64,000 nucleotides of DNA, taken from NCBI GenBank assembly GCA_963784075.1, contig CAWAQW010000025.1, forward strand, positions 30,230 to 94,229, written 5' to 3'. Shown here piece after piece: positions 42,901-52,818 of this stretch. The notes below the pieces were generated by a model that was given only the letters and a program-made list of their open reading frames with translations, had not been told where the DNA came from and made no database searches. Both the position numbers and the translations under genes were made by a program. Source of the DNA: an uncultured Alphaproteobacteria bacterium. Lineage in GTDB: Bacteria > Pseudomonadota > Alphaproteobacteria > Rhizobiales > Beijerinckiaceae. The first letter of the stretch is position 1; each line of letters opens with the position of its first letter.

Positions 42901-42937
42901 AAAGCCCTTTCGTCTCGCGGCGGAGGGGCTTTCTTTT
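42901..42937 (+). terminator. Intrinsic terminator
   Basis: AAAGCCCTTTCGTC-tcgc-GGCGGAGGGGCTTT followed by CTTTT. Confidence 0.7.
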
Positions 42938-43139
42938 GTGCGAGCCGATCAGTCTTGGCCGGTGTTTATGCCCTGCCAAATTCCGTGAACGCACATATAA
43001 GCTATGCAAAAAACACATGGCTCATGCGAGCCTGCGCTCGTCGCGTTGCGTAATCGACGGCGTGAGCCCGGTGAAATCGCCGCCAGAGGCCCCCTTGGGG
43101 CGGCCCATCACGCCGTCTCCAATTCATCAGCGACTTCAC

Positions 43140-43323
43140 TTCACGCGCCCGTTGTGCGGCCTTCCACGCCTCAAGCTCCCCGCGCTTAAAATAATCGCGG
43201 TTGTTGATTTGAACGGGTTGGGGCGGGATTGGCTGTCCAGCGATCGATTGTCTTCACTACGACATGATGCTCAGCAGCGACTTTTGCCTTTGGAACAAAC
43301 TCAACGACGTCATGGTTTGCCAT
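43140..43323 (-). pseudogene. AlpA/excisionase-like HTH protein (frameshifted)
   Basis: VAAEHHVVVKTIDRWTANP, then in a shifted frame QPVQINNRDYFKRGELEAW; directly downstream of the integrase. Confidence 0.6.
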
Positions 43324-43470
43324 GGCCGTGCAATACTCCTTGTCTCGACATTCTCTAGTCGAAATATTGCGCCTCCCCTCCCCGTTTGCAAGCAGAAATT
43401 TTAGAAAACTCAAGTACATAGCACCACATGCGTACACATGTGAGATCATGTCCACGCACAAAACAGGCTG

Positions 43471-44694
43471 TTACCGCGGCGAGAAAGTCAGAACATTTTT
43501 CGTGCTCAAATTCCCGTCCACCAGCCCCGCGACATGCCGCGCCCATGCCGCCAGCGCCTGGCGTTTCTCCACGTCATAGCTGTACCTATTGTAAACCGCC
43601 GCAACGCCTTTGATGGAACCGCTGCGATGATTGAGTGCGGCCTCGACAACATGCACCGCGATACCGAGCCGTGCGCAGCCGCTGGCGAAGGTTCGTCGCA
43701 AATCGTGGAAGGTCCACGGTGGTGTATCGGGCGGCAAGGCTGCGCCGAGGCGCTCCTTGATGAGGCTAAATCCTGTTATCTGATTGCGGCCGTTAAAGGT
43801 GAAAACGAAATCCGAACCGATGCGGGGCATCGCTTCCAAAATCTCGACGGCTAAATCGCTGAGCGGGACAACGTGTTCGATGCTGTTTTTGCTTCGCTCT
43901 TTTGGCAACTTCCAAAGCTTCGCGGCAATGTCGACTTCTGGCCAGAGCATGCCCGCGATCTCGTTCCGCCGCGCCCCCGTCAAAATAAGCATCTGCACAA
44001 AAGCGGCATAAGGCTGTTCAAGCACCCCCGTAGCCTTCCAGACGGCCGCAAGCTCATCGTCGCTCAATATCCTGTCTCGGGCCGTTTCGGGCGCTGGCGG
44101 CCTTACCCCCGCGCAGGGATTGGCGGATAAGAGGCCGCGCTCCACCGCCCATCCGCAAAGGCGGCGAAGCCACCCAAGCGTCCGGTTCGCGGTGACGGGG
44201 CTTCCGCGCTCGACAATGCCGTCCAGCAAATTATGAATATCGGCTTTGCCGATTTCCGACAGGCGGCGCCCGCGCCACGGTTCCGCAACTTCCTTATCGA
44301 GCAGGCGCGCGACTTCTTTGGCAGTACCGGCCTTCAGGTGGCGCCGGGCATAGTGCTGAAGGAATTGTTTCACAGTATGTTCGACGAGATCATTGGCCGG
44401 CACCGCAGGCGCGGCCTTGGTGGCCTTCTTTTCGGCGTGGGGATCCCTGCCTTCCTCGACTTTATTCTTGGCCTCGCCCGCCAACTCACGAGCACGCTTC
44501 AAGTCAATGGCGGGGTACTGGCCGAGTGTCAGCTTACAGGGCTTGCCGCCGAATTTGTAGCGCACGGCCCAACTCCGCTTGCCGCTGGGCTGGATAATGA
44601 AATAGAGTCCGCTTATGCGGCCGTCCGGGATTTCTTTCCGTTCCGGTCCGGGCCGAAGTTTTTCCACTGCCAAGGCGGTGAGTTCTTTTGCCAC
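43471..44694 (-). CDS. P4-like tyrosine integrase (Arm-DNA-binding domain + catalytic domain)
   Basis: GLYFIIQPSGKRSWAVRY..LTLGQYP, LTGARRNE, HDLRRT, LNH, VYNRY (R-H-R-H-Y). Confidence 0.93.
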   Translation of the reverse strand: MAKELTALAVEKLRPGPERKEIPDGRISGLYFIIQPSGKRSWAVRYKFGGKPCKLTLGQYPAIDLKRARELAGEAKNKVEEGRDPHAEKKATKAAPAVPANDLVEHTVKQFLQHYARRHLKAGTAKEVARLLDKEVAEPWRGRRLSEIGKADIHNLLDGIVERGSPVTANRTLGWLRRLCGWAVERGLLSANPCAGVRPPAPETARDRILSDDELAAVWKATGVLEQPYAAFVQMLILTGARRNEIAGMLWPEVDIAAKLWKLPKERSKNSIEHVVPLSDLAVEILEAMPRIGSDFVFTFNGRNQITGFSLIKERLGAALPPDTPPWTFHDLRRTFASGCARLGIAVHVVEAALNHRSGSIKGVAAVYNRYSYDVEKRQALAAWARHVAGLVDGNLSTKNVLTFSPR

Positions 44695-44706
44695 GATTGT
44701 CTCCAG

Positions 44707-44756
44707 GGGTAACGCCAAGGCAAGGGTAACAATCGAGACTTATTGTATTGTTACCC
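44707..44756. repeat. GGGTAAC direct and inverted boxes upstream of the integrase (arm-type sites)
   Basis: GGGTAAC at 44707 and 44724; GTTACCC at 44750. Confidence 0.55.
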
Positions 44757-44950
44757 CACGTCCGGACAATAGTGGACATTTGGGCAATATACAAATGAAG
44801 CGCAAGGAAGTTCCAACAAATATTTCCCTGACAATCACGGACACGATGGGACATCCCCACGTGATAGGCTGTCAGGGCAACTCGCCCTGGCGGCCTGAGG
44901 GCGTTCAAGCCGCAACAGGTCCCACCCGTACGAACTCTGGCTGGAGCCCC

Positions 44951-45439
44951 ATGAGCAAACAAGAGAAGTCCCTTTTCATGACCTTTCTCATGACCCCCGA
45001 CATGGCCAATTTCTCCGGCCACATTCACGGGGGAACAATCCTGAAACTGCTTGACCAAGTCGCCTATGCTTGCGCTGCAAGATACTGCAAGAACTACGTC
45101 GTTACGGCTTCGCTCGACCAGGTGATCTTCAAGGAGCCGATCAAGGTCGGCGAATTGGTCACCTTCAAGGCCAATGTCAACTATGTCGGCCGCACCTCGA
45201 TGGAAATCGGAATCAAAGTGATTGCCGAGAACCTGACGACCCAGGAAGCGCGTCACACCAACTCTTGTTACTTCACGATGGTCGCGAAGAAGGAGGACGG
45301 CAGCCTCTGCACCGTCCCACCGCTCGAGATCGAGACGGAGGTCGAACGGCGGCTCTTCGAAGCGGGCAAAATGCGCAAGGAGATGCGCAACGAGATCGTG
45401 GAAAGAAATAAGGCGCTGCACGTCGGGATACCGGAGTAA
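44951..45439 (+). CDS. Acyl-CoA thioesterase (HotDog, YciA-like)
   Basis: ANFSGHIHGGTILKLLDQVA, VGRTSMEIG. Confidence 0.9.
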   Translation: MSKQEKSLFMTFLMTPDMANFSGHIHGGTILKLLDQVAYACAARYCKNYVVTASLDQVIFKEPIKVGELVTFKANVNYVGRTSMEIGIKVIAENLTTQEARHTNSCYFTMVAKKEDGSLCTVPPLEIETEVERRLFEAGKMRKEMRNEIVERNKALHVGIPE

Positions 45440-45519
45440 AACCGTCGCGGACGCTGTTCGAACGCCGCGCGATCGCTCCTGCGCGGGCAAAACGTCCACA
45501 GCATTGAAGCCATTGCGAA

Positions 45520-46515
45520 TTACTTGCCGGTGGCGAGCAGGATTTTGCCAAGGTGCGTGGATGATTCCATCATTTCATGCGCCTGCCGTGCGTGTTCGAG
45601 CGGGAACGTCGCGTGAATCAAGGGCTTCACCAAGCCTTTTTCGAGGAGCGGCCAGATTTTTTCGCGCAACGCGGCGGCGACCGCGGCTTTCTGGGCAACG
45701 GTCCGCGACCGCAAGGTCGAGCCGGTCAACGTAAGACGGCGCAGCATGATGGGACGCAAATCGAATCTCTCGACCATCGCCGATTGCAAGAAGCCGATCT
45801 GAACAAGCCGGCCCTCCACTGCCATGATCGAGAGATTTTGTTGCACATAAGTCCCGCCGACCATATCGAGCACGACATCGACACTCTGTTTGCCGGCAAT
45901 CTTTTTCACCTCTTCAGCAAAATCCTGAGTTTTGTAGTCGATGGCATAATCCGCTCCCAGTGTCTTGCAAAAGGCACATTTCGCCGGTGAGCCGGCGGTG
46001 GCGATGACGCGGGCGTCATGCTGCTTGGCCAATTGGATCGCGGTCGAGCCAATGCCGCTCGATCCGCCATGCACAAGAAAAGTCTCTCCAGGTGCCAGCC
46101 TGCCGCGGGTAAACACATTGTCGAAAACGGTGAAATAGTTTTCCGGAAGCCCCGCCGAAGCGGCAACCCCCAAAGCCTCCGGCGCCGGCAGACAAAGCGA
46201 GGCATGGGCAAGCGCATATTCGGCATAGCCGCCGGAGCCGACAAGAGCGCACACTTGATCGCCCTCAGCGGGGGTGCTGACCCCCTCCCCACGGGCGACG
46301 ACCCGACCAGCGATCTCAAGGCCCGGGATATCAGTCTCACCCGCGGGCGGAGGATAGACACCTTCGCGTTGCAGGCAATCGGGACGGTTGACACCCGCCG
46401 CGGCAACCTCGATCAAAACCTGGCCGGGTCCGGGGACTGGCACCGGCGCCTCGCCCGTCCTGATGACATCCGGGCCTCCATGGCCGTCAAAATAAATCTG
46501 CCGCATTGTGAGCAT
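45520..46515 (-). CDS. NAD(P)H-quinone oxidoreductase (PIG3/MDR family)
   Basis: AAGVNRPDCLQREG.YPPP, HGGSSGIG, LTGSTLRSR. Confidence 0.92.
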   Translation of the reverse strand: MLTMRQIYFDGHGGPDVIRTGEAPVPVPGPGQVLIEVAAAGVNRPDCLQREGVYPPPAGETDIPGLEIAGRVVARGEGVSTPAEGDQVCALVGSGGYAEYALAHASLCLPAPEALGVAASAGLPENYFTVFDNVFTRGRLAPGETFLVHGGSSGIGSTAIQLAKQHDARVIATAGSPAKCAFCKTLGADYAIDYKTQDFAEEVKKIAGKQSVDVVLDMVGGTYVQQNLSIMAVEGRLVQIGFLQSAMVERFDLRPIMLRRLTLTGSTLRSRTVAQKAAVAAALREKIWPLLEKGLVKPLIHATFPLEHARQAHEMMESSTHLGKILLATGK

Positions 46516-46557
46516 GATATGTGCCGCACTGCTTATTGTTCAAAGCACGCCTTCCGG

Positions 46558-47307
46558 TCAGGCCGGTTTTATGAAGTAATAGATAGTGAGGACAAGCCCC
46601 ACCACGACAATGAAACCTTTGACGATTCTCGCGTGTACTCGGCGCGCCATATGCAATCCAGCGTAGCCTCCCGCCATGGCGCCGATGGCAACGACGAGCG
46701 TCCATTGCGAATGAACGAGTCCGGCAATGATGAAGGTCATGACCGCCGCCGCGTTCATCAGCATCACGAGGAGAATCTTTACGCTGTTCATCAGCCAAAT
46801 GTCACGCAGCCCGAAAAGCGTGAGGGCGGAGAGCGTGAGAATGCCGGCGCCTCCGCCGAAATAGCCGCCATAGATCGCGACCAGTCCTTGCACGGCAAAA
46901 ATCCAGCCTCGATTGATCCGGAATTTTTTCCCGACGGCAGGCATGAAATTCCCCCCTGCGAAGATCGCGGTCGCGAGGAGAATAAGCCAGGGCATGATCC
47001 GGCTGAAAACCGTCTGAGGCGTGACGAGGAGGAGAATGCCGCCTATGAACCCGCCCACAAGACTGATCGTCGCAAGGACGGGCACACTGACGCGGCTGTC
47101 GGCCGCCGCCGCCGCAAGACCGTCGCGTGCGGCGTACCCCGTTGCGATCTGGCCCGGAAACAGGGCGACGGTGTTCGACGCATTGGCGTCAACCGGCGGC
47201 AGTCCGGCGGCGATAAGGGCCGGAAAGGTGAGAAAGGACCCCCCTCCAGCAACGGCATTGATGAAGCCTGCCGCGAAAGCGGCAAGCGCCACGAGGACAA
47301 AAACCAT
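46558..47307 (-). CDS. TauE/SafE sulfite-exporter family membrane protein
   Basis: AGFINAVAGGGSFLTFPAL, YGGYFGGGAG. Confidence 0.9.
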   Translation of the reverse strand: MVFVLVALAAFAAGFINAVAGGGSFLTFPALIAAGLPPVDANASNTVALFPGQIATGYAARDGLAAAAADSRVSVPVLATISLVGGFIGGILLLVTPQTVFSRIMPWLILLATAIFAGGNFMPAVGKKFRINRGWIFAVQGLVAIYGGYFGGGAGILTLSALTLFGLRDIWLMNSVKILLVMLMNAAAVMTFIIAGLVHSQWTLVVAIGAMAGGYAGLHMARRVHARIVKGFIVVVGLVLTIYYFIKPA

Positions 47308-47547
47308 CGCTTCTCCGATCCCTGCGTCAAAACGCCACAACCCAAGTGGGTTATGCAGGGTCAAATTGTCGTTTAGTTTAAGAAGTCGCAATGCTGAGAA
47401 ACGAGCTTTGCGAAAACCACATTATACCTTCTTCCGGCGGCCGCGAGGATGACGGTAACGCGCGTCTTCTTCGTAATGCCGTCTATTCCTTGATGCCGTT
47501 AGCATTTGATGTCCATTTTGAAGGCTCTCTCATCAACCGGGCGTCCC

Positions 47548-48878
47548 ATGACCTTGACTGCCGTAACTGATGCAATACTTCCAAATGATCTTAATGCGTA
47601 TTGGATGCCTTTTACCGCCAACCGTGCGTTCAAGCAGAGCCCTCGTCTCATCGCCTATGCAAAGTATATGCATTATTTCACCCCGGACGGCCGCGCCATC
47701 GTCGACGGCACCGGGGGTCTTTGGCGCGCCAACGCCGCGCACTACCGCGCTCCTATCGTCGAAGCCATAAGAACGCAAGCGGGCGAGCTCGATTTTGCGC
47801 CGCCGTTTCAGTTCGGGCATCCGAAAGCATTTGCCCTCGCAAACCGGATCGCGGCGCTGGCCCCGGGTGATTTGAACCATGTATTCTTCACGGATTCGGG
47901 GTCGGAAGCGGTCGATACCGCGCTGAAACTCGCCATCGCCTATCATAGCCTCTGTGGCGAAGGCGCCCGGCAGAGGCTGATCGGCCGCGAGCGCGGCGAT
48001 CATGGCTCAGGCTTCGGCGGCATGGCGGTCGGCGGCATTGCGGTAAATCGTAGAAGCTCGCCGGCGTCGATCATCTCCCGTCGACCTATGATCGCGACAA
48101 ACAGGCCTACACGAAGGGCGATCCGGAACGGGGAGCGCATCTTGCCGATGAGCTTGAAAGAATCATCCGCCGGCACGATGGCCTCGACGATCGCGGCGGT
48201 GATCGTCGCGAGCCCATGTCCGGCCCCGATGGCGTCCTGCCATCCCCGCAGGGCTATCTCAAGCGGCTGAGATCGATTTGCGACAAATCTGACATTCTGC
48301 TGATTTTCGACGAAGGCAGCTGCGGCTTCGGCCGTCTCGGCCATGCCTTTGCGGCTGAGCGCTATGACGTGATGCCCGACATGATCACCTTCGCCGACGG
48401 AATCACTTCGGGCACGGTGCCAATGGGCGGCATTATTGTCCGCGAGCCGATTCACGACGCCTTCATGAACGGTCCGGACCATGCGATCGAACGGTTTCAC
48501 GGCTATCCCTCTTCAGGCCACCCTTTGGCGTGCGCCGCGGGTCTTGCCGCGCTCGACCTCTACGAAGAAGAAGATTTATTCGCCCGGGCGCGGCACCTCG
48601 AACCGATTTGGGCCGATGCAGTGCAGAGTTTGAAGGGTCTGCCCAATGTCCTCGATATCCGCAACGCCGGGCTCAGCGCCGCCATCGACCTCGCGGCGAC
48701 GCCTGGCAAGCCGGGGAAACGCGGTTTCGACGCGATGATTAAAGCCTTCCACAGTTACGATCTTCTCCTGCGGGTCACCCGCGACACGCTGATTCTGGCG
48801 CCGTCGTTGATCATCAGCGAAGCACAGATCGACGAAAGCATCGAAAAAGCCGCGATGGCGATCATGGCCGTGGCCTGA
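47548..48878 (+). pseudogene. Omega-amino acid:pyruvate (class III) aminotransferase, degenerate
   Basis: YWMPFTANR, FFTDSGSEAVDTA; frameshifts at ~48050-48220; PLP Lys replaced (TFADG at 48396 instead of TFAKG). Confidence 0.85.
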
Positions 48879-49077
48879 GGGCAGCCAAGGGTTTAGCACC
48901 GCCCCTGAGAGCTGCCGAACATTGAATTCCAACGCAGCACGCTCACGTCATCGGGTCAGCGTCGCGGCGGCGAGCGATGGCGCGAACATGGCCTTCCTGG
49001 CGTTGGTGATGTCTTGCGGCGGATGCTGACGTCATGGCCGGCGAAGCTCTGAGGTTGGTGACCGGCTTCGCGTCCGC

Positions 49078-49440
49078 TTAAGGAAAGCAGGCCGTTGCCG
49101 ACAAAGGTATTGTCCATTGCCCCGTGCCTGCACCAAGCACAAAGTTGAGGGTGCCGCTGACTTGATGACCACAAGACGCAGTTGAGGCCAGGAATGTTGG
49201 ACTGTTCGGGCCATGATAGAGGCTTTGGGCATAGCTCTGAGTTGCCGTGGCGGTGCTGCAGGCATTTATCGAAAAACACCGTGCCGCTCCTTCCGCCGCG
49301 TAGTGCAGGCTCGCCGCCGCGAAGACCGCGAGACAAGCGGAGAGGATGCCAAGAAAGAGCATGAGGAACGACGGCAGCACCAGGGCGAATTCCACCGCCG
49401 TCGCGCCGCTCTCGCATGAAACTGGCCCTGCCCTCTGCAT
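49078..49440 (-). CDS. TadE-like pseudopilin
   Basis: ESG/ATAVEFALVLP prepilin motif, AAEGAARC. Confidence 0.8.
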   Translation of the reverse strand: MQRAGPVSCESGATAVEFALVLPSFLMLFLGILSACLAVFAAASLHYAAEGAARCFSINACSTATATQSYAQSLYHGPNSPTFLASTASCGHQVSGTLNFVLGAGTGQWTIPLSATACFP

Positions 49441-49445
49441 GGTGC

Positions 49446-50021
49446 TCAACCCATCCTCATCCAGCTCGTCCCGATAATCGAGGATATTCCCAGGGCGTTC
49501 ATCACACTGATGCCGGAGAATATCGGCTGATATGGGGTCGAGACTTGCACCTGGAGATAGTCGGCAGGTGTCGCCGTCGCATTGCCCGCGGCGGAGCAGT
49601 TCGCGGGCTTGCTGGACACGCTGCTCACGTATTGGAGCGCGTTGGAGGCGTTGACGCAATAGTACCCCTCGGCCGGATATCCCGATGCCAAGGTGACCGC
49701 AGTTCCGAGTGAGGTACTTTGGATGGCCGATGTAACTGCGGTGGTTAGCCCCGAACAATTTTGGGTTGCCGGCAACAGCGGGCTTTGGTCGTTGGGATTG
49801 GTGGCCGCGCAGGTTATCAAAGCTGCCTCTGCGCCGCTATCGGCGGCATTCTCCACTTCCATCCGCCTGTAGATGTAATAACCGACATCGACCGCATTCA
49901 GGAGACCGGCCACCAGAAACAGGCCGGTCAAGGCGAATTCGATCCCCGCAAGGCCATGAGCGTCGGCGCCGAAGTGGCGGAGCTTTTGCCGAACAGGTGC
50001 TGCCGTCCGCATATTTGCCAT
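49446..50021 (-). CDS. TadE/TadF-like pseudopilin
   Basis: AHG/LAGIEFAL..LLNAVDVG...VENAADSGA. Confidence 0.8.
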   Translation of the reverse strand: MANMRTAAPVRQKLRHFGADAHGLAGIEFALTGLFLVAGLLNAVDVGYYIYRRMEVENAADSGAEAALITCAATNPNDQSPLLPATQNCSGLTTAVTSAIQSTSLGTAVTLASGYPAEGYYCVNASNALQYVSSVSSKPANCSAAGNATATPADYLQVQVSTPYQPIFSGISVMNALGISSIIGTSWMRMG

Positions 50022-50041
50022 TGCTCTTATCCGCCTTGGTA

Positions 50042-51343
50042 TTAATTGACCAAACTCCCCACGTGTCCGCCCTTCGGAAGAGCAAGTCCAGCGGAAGAAC
50101 ATTCCGTGTCGTTCGCGAAGATGTCACCCGTGCCATTGATCGTGATGCTGCCCACTGTCATGCCGAAACACTTGGCTCCGTTGCTCGCCTTGCTGACCGC
50201 GCCGCTGAAGGTGACGTTTGAATTCGGCATATAGACCATGCCACTGATATTCCAGGTTGGGCTGTTACCAGCCGCGGAGAGATCGATATTGGAGGAGATG
50301 GTCAGACTTGGGTCCTGGTAGATGGCCATGCCGCTCCAGGGACCAGACGTTGGCGCGGCAATATCCAAAGTGCCGCCGCCGGTTGGATATTGCGTATAGC
50401 CCGAAGTGTTATCCCCGGTGAACACGATCGTCAGGCCGGAGCCGCTCGAGGTCTGCAATGTAAAGCCATTGCTGTCGAGCTGGCCGTTTTCGATCACGAG
50501 AACCGCATTGTCGGGCGCATTGATCGTGGTGTTGCCCGTCAATTGCTGGTCACCACAGACGACCTTGTATCCGCTCAGATTGTAGGAGCCGCTCCATTGG
50601 TTCGAGACGGGGAGCGGAGAGCCCTTCTTTTTTGCCGGCTCTTGCGGATAGGAACCGCCGCATGTATTCGCGGGAATGTTTGAAGCGAGCGCCGCATAAG
50701 GATCGGCGACCGCCGGCACATTGGAGTTTTGGACGATACCGCAGCCATTGTTGGTGCCATGCGCATCGCCGACATTGGCGCCGAGGTTGTGGCCGTTGCA
50801 GATGGCGCTGCTGTTCGACATGACATTGCAACCGTTCAGATTGGCTTTCGGCGCCCCATTGGAAATAATGTCATTTGTGACGTTGCCCGCGAGCGCCAGG
50901 ATGCAATAGGGGTACGCTTTGGCACTGGTCGCGACCGCTGTCGCAGTCATGGCGGTCATGCCATTGTTGTTGACAGTCGTATTTCCGGCGTAGCCAATCA
51001 CTTGCGACAAAAACAACGGGACTGCGTCTGAAACGGTGACGGTGTAGCAATTCGAAGTGCAATTTGTGGCGGCGTTCAGATTGGCCGCAGTCACCGTTAT
51101 GTTGCCCGAGCCATTCGAGAATCCATATTGCGCGGCGACCGCCTGGGCCTCTGCGGCGTAACTGGAACTTGCATTCGTCGCCGCCGCTATGGCCGCCGCA
51201 TCGGCCGCGTTTTGCATGGCGCGCTGATGCAGGAGCCAATAGGAAGCCTCGGCGGCGAGGCCCATCATTCCGGCAAGGACCGGCATGACGAGGGCGACGA
51301 CCAGCGCCACCACGCCTCGCTCATCGCCAAGAAATCCGCGCAA
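50042..51343 (-). CDS. TadG-like pilus adhesin
   Basis: DERGVVALVVALVMPVL..LAAEAS...MQNAADAAAIAAA, then an Asn/Gly/Ser-rich beta region. Confidence 0.8.
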   Translation of the reverse strand: MRGFLGDERGVVALVVALVMPVLAGMMGLAAEASYWLLHQRAMQNAADAAAIAAATNASSSYAAEAQAVAAQYGFSNGSGNITVTAANLNAATNCTSNCYTVTVSDAVPLFLSQVIGYAGNTTVNNNGMTAMTATAVATSAKAYPYCILALAGNVTNDIISNGAPKANLNGCNVMSNSSAICNGHNLGANVGDAHGTNNGCGIVQNSNVPAVADPYAALASNIPANTCGGSYPQEPAKKKGSPLPVSNQWSGSYNLSGYKVVCGDQQLTGNTTINAPDNAVLVIENGQLDSNGFTLQTSSGSGLTIVFTGDNTSGYTQYPTGGGTLDIAAPTSGPWSGMAIYQDPSLTISSNIDLSAAGNSPTWNISGMVYMPNSNVTFSGAVSKASNGAKCFGMTVGSITINGTGDIFANDTECSSAGLALPKGGHVGSLVN

Positions 51344-51798
51344 GCACGCCTTTGCAGCCTTCGGAGGTACGAAAAGGTCCCGCGCGCCAAGCTGCGCCGC
51401 CCCGGACCCCAGGGCAACCGTCCATAAGCGAGCAATTCAAGCCTGTCGGCCCAAAAAATACATGGCGAAAATGCTCATTGAAAGGTGAAGGCATCGCTAT
51501 TTGTACCCGCTGGGAAGTCTCGCCCCGATTGGCATTTACGGATACTTACTAAATGCAGAAGCGGATTTGTTATTCCGTTAATATAATACTTCACATTTGA
51601 TCGACTTATTTCATGAGAAGACTTTGGGTAAGAGCTTGGCGCGATTCCGCAGGTCTTTGAAACGGGGGTGGGTTCCCGTCCACCGGACGGTGCGATCCCG
51701 TTCTGGCAATTAATAATTAACCACTCTACTGTTATGGCCCAAATTTCGCACCGCCTTCACGGCGGATTTCCGCTTTCTGCGGGGCTCAGGAGCTTGCC

Positions 51799-52395
51799 AT
51801 GGTTGAGATCGACGAAACGGCTTCCAACCTTCTTGAAAAATTCTCGACGCTACTTGAAAAGCCTTACAACGCGATCGCCCTGGGGGGCGGCCTCGCGTTC
51901 GTGCTTTTGCTTCTCTATCATCTCGCCTACATAGGTGGCGGCTATTTCGGCCCGTTCTTTACCTTTTTGCATGTTGTGTCGGGCATCACTTGGATCGGGC
52001 TTCTCTACTATTTTAACCTTGTGCAAATTCCGACAATGCCACTTATTCCCGCCGAGCTGAAACCCGCTATCGGCAAATATATCGCGCCCGAGGCGTTGTT
52101 TTGGTTCCGCTGGTCGGCGCTCGCGACAGTGGTGACCGGCCTCATTGTTTTTTCGACGAGCAGCGCCGTTCACAATCTGACCCTCATCACCGGCGCGCTC
52201 CTTGGCCTCATCATGGCCTTCAATGTCTGGTTCATCATCTGGCCAAATCAGAAGAAAGTGCTTGGCCTCGTTCCCGCTGACGACGACGCCAAGGCGAAAG
52301 CCGCGCGTCTCGCGATGCTGACCTCGCGCGCCAATTTTGCCCTCTCCGTGCCGATGCTCTATTGCATGGTGACGGCACGGCTGCTTGTTGGATAA
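51799..52395 (+). CDS. Membrane protein of the PuuD/urate-oxidase N-terminal family
   Basis: HVVSGITWIGLLYYFN, ALFWFRWSA, IMAFNVWFIIWPNQKK, SRAN..LSVPML. Confidence 0.8.
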   Translation: MVEIDETASNLLEKFSTLLEKPYNAIALGGGLAFVLLLLYHLAYIGGGYFGPFFTFLHVVSGITWIGLLYYFNLVQIPTMPLIPAELKPAIGKYIAPEALFWFRWSALATVVTGLIVFSTSSAVHNLTLITGALLGLIMAFNVWFIIWPNQKKVLGLVPADDDAKAKAARLAMLTSRANFALSVPMLYCMVTARLLVG

Positions 52396-52818
52396 TTTTG
52401 CCTCGTCTGGAAATGTTCGCCGCGCGGCGCTTGAATTTTGCAGGCGCCGCTAAGGCTTAGAGCTGATCCAAGAAGACGTGGTTCATAATGCCGTCCCCGT
52501 TCCATGGCACGACGTCATGATGCGCTGGGCGGGAGGTCATTCGGCAAGGCTCACCAGTGGCTGCCTATCGCAGGCACATAATATCGCGGCCCATAAGAAT
52601 GCCCGGCCGCCAGCCAAACTTCCGGTTTTCCTTTGTGCATCGCCATGCGAACCAACTGGCCGCAAAGGACTTCACAAAACTTTAACAAGTGTTGCTTCGG
52701 CTCTGCGAACGACACGCCGAATCGTTTTTGTAAAACCTTACGGAAACTTTGCAATTTACATTAAGTTTACGAAGTGAGAGTTTTCTACAGCTAGCTTTGC
52801 CGGCCTCCTTGGGAGTAT

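Noticed and set aside
51570-51725. CtrA boxes upstream of tadG
   Set aside because: TTAA half-sites are present but not with TTAA-N7-TTAA spacing
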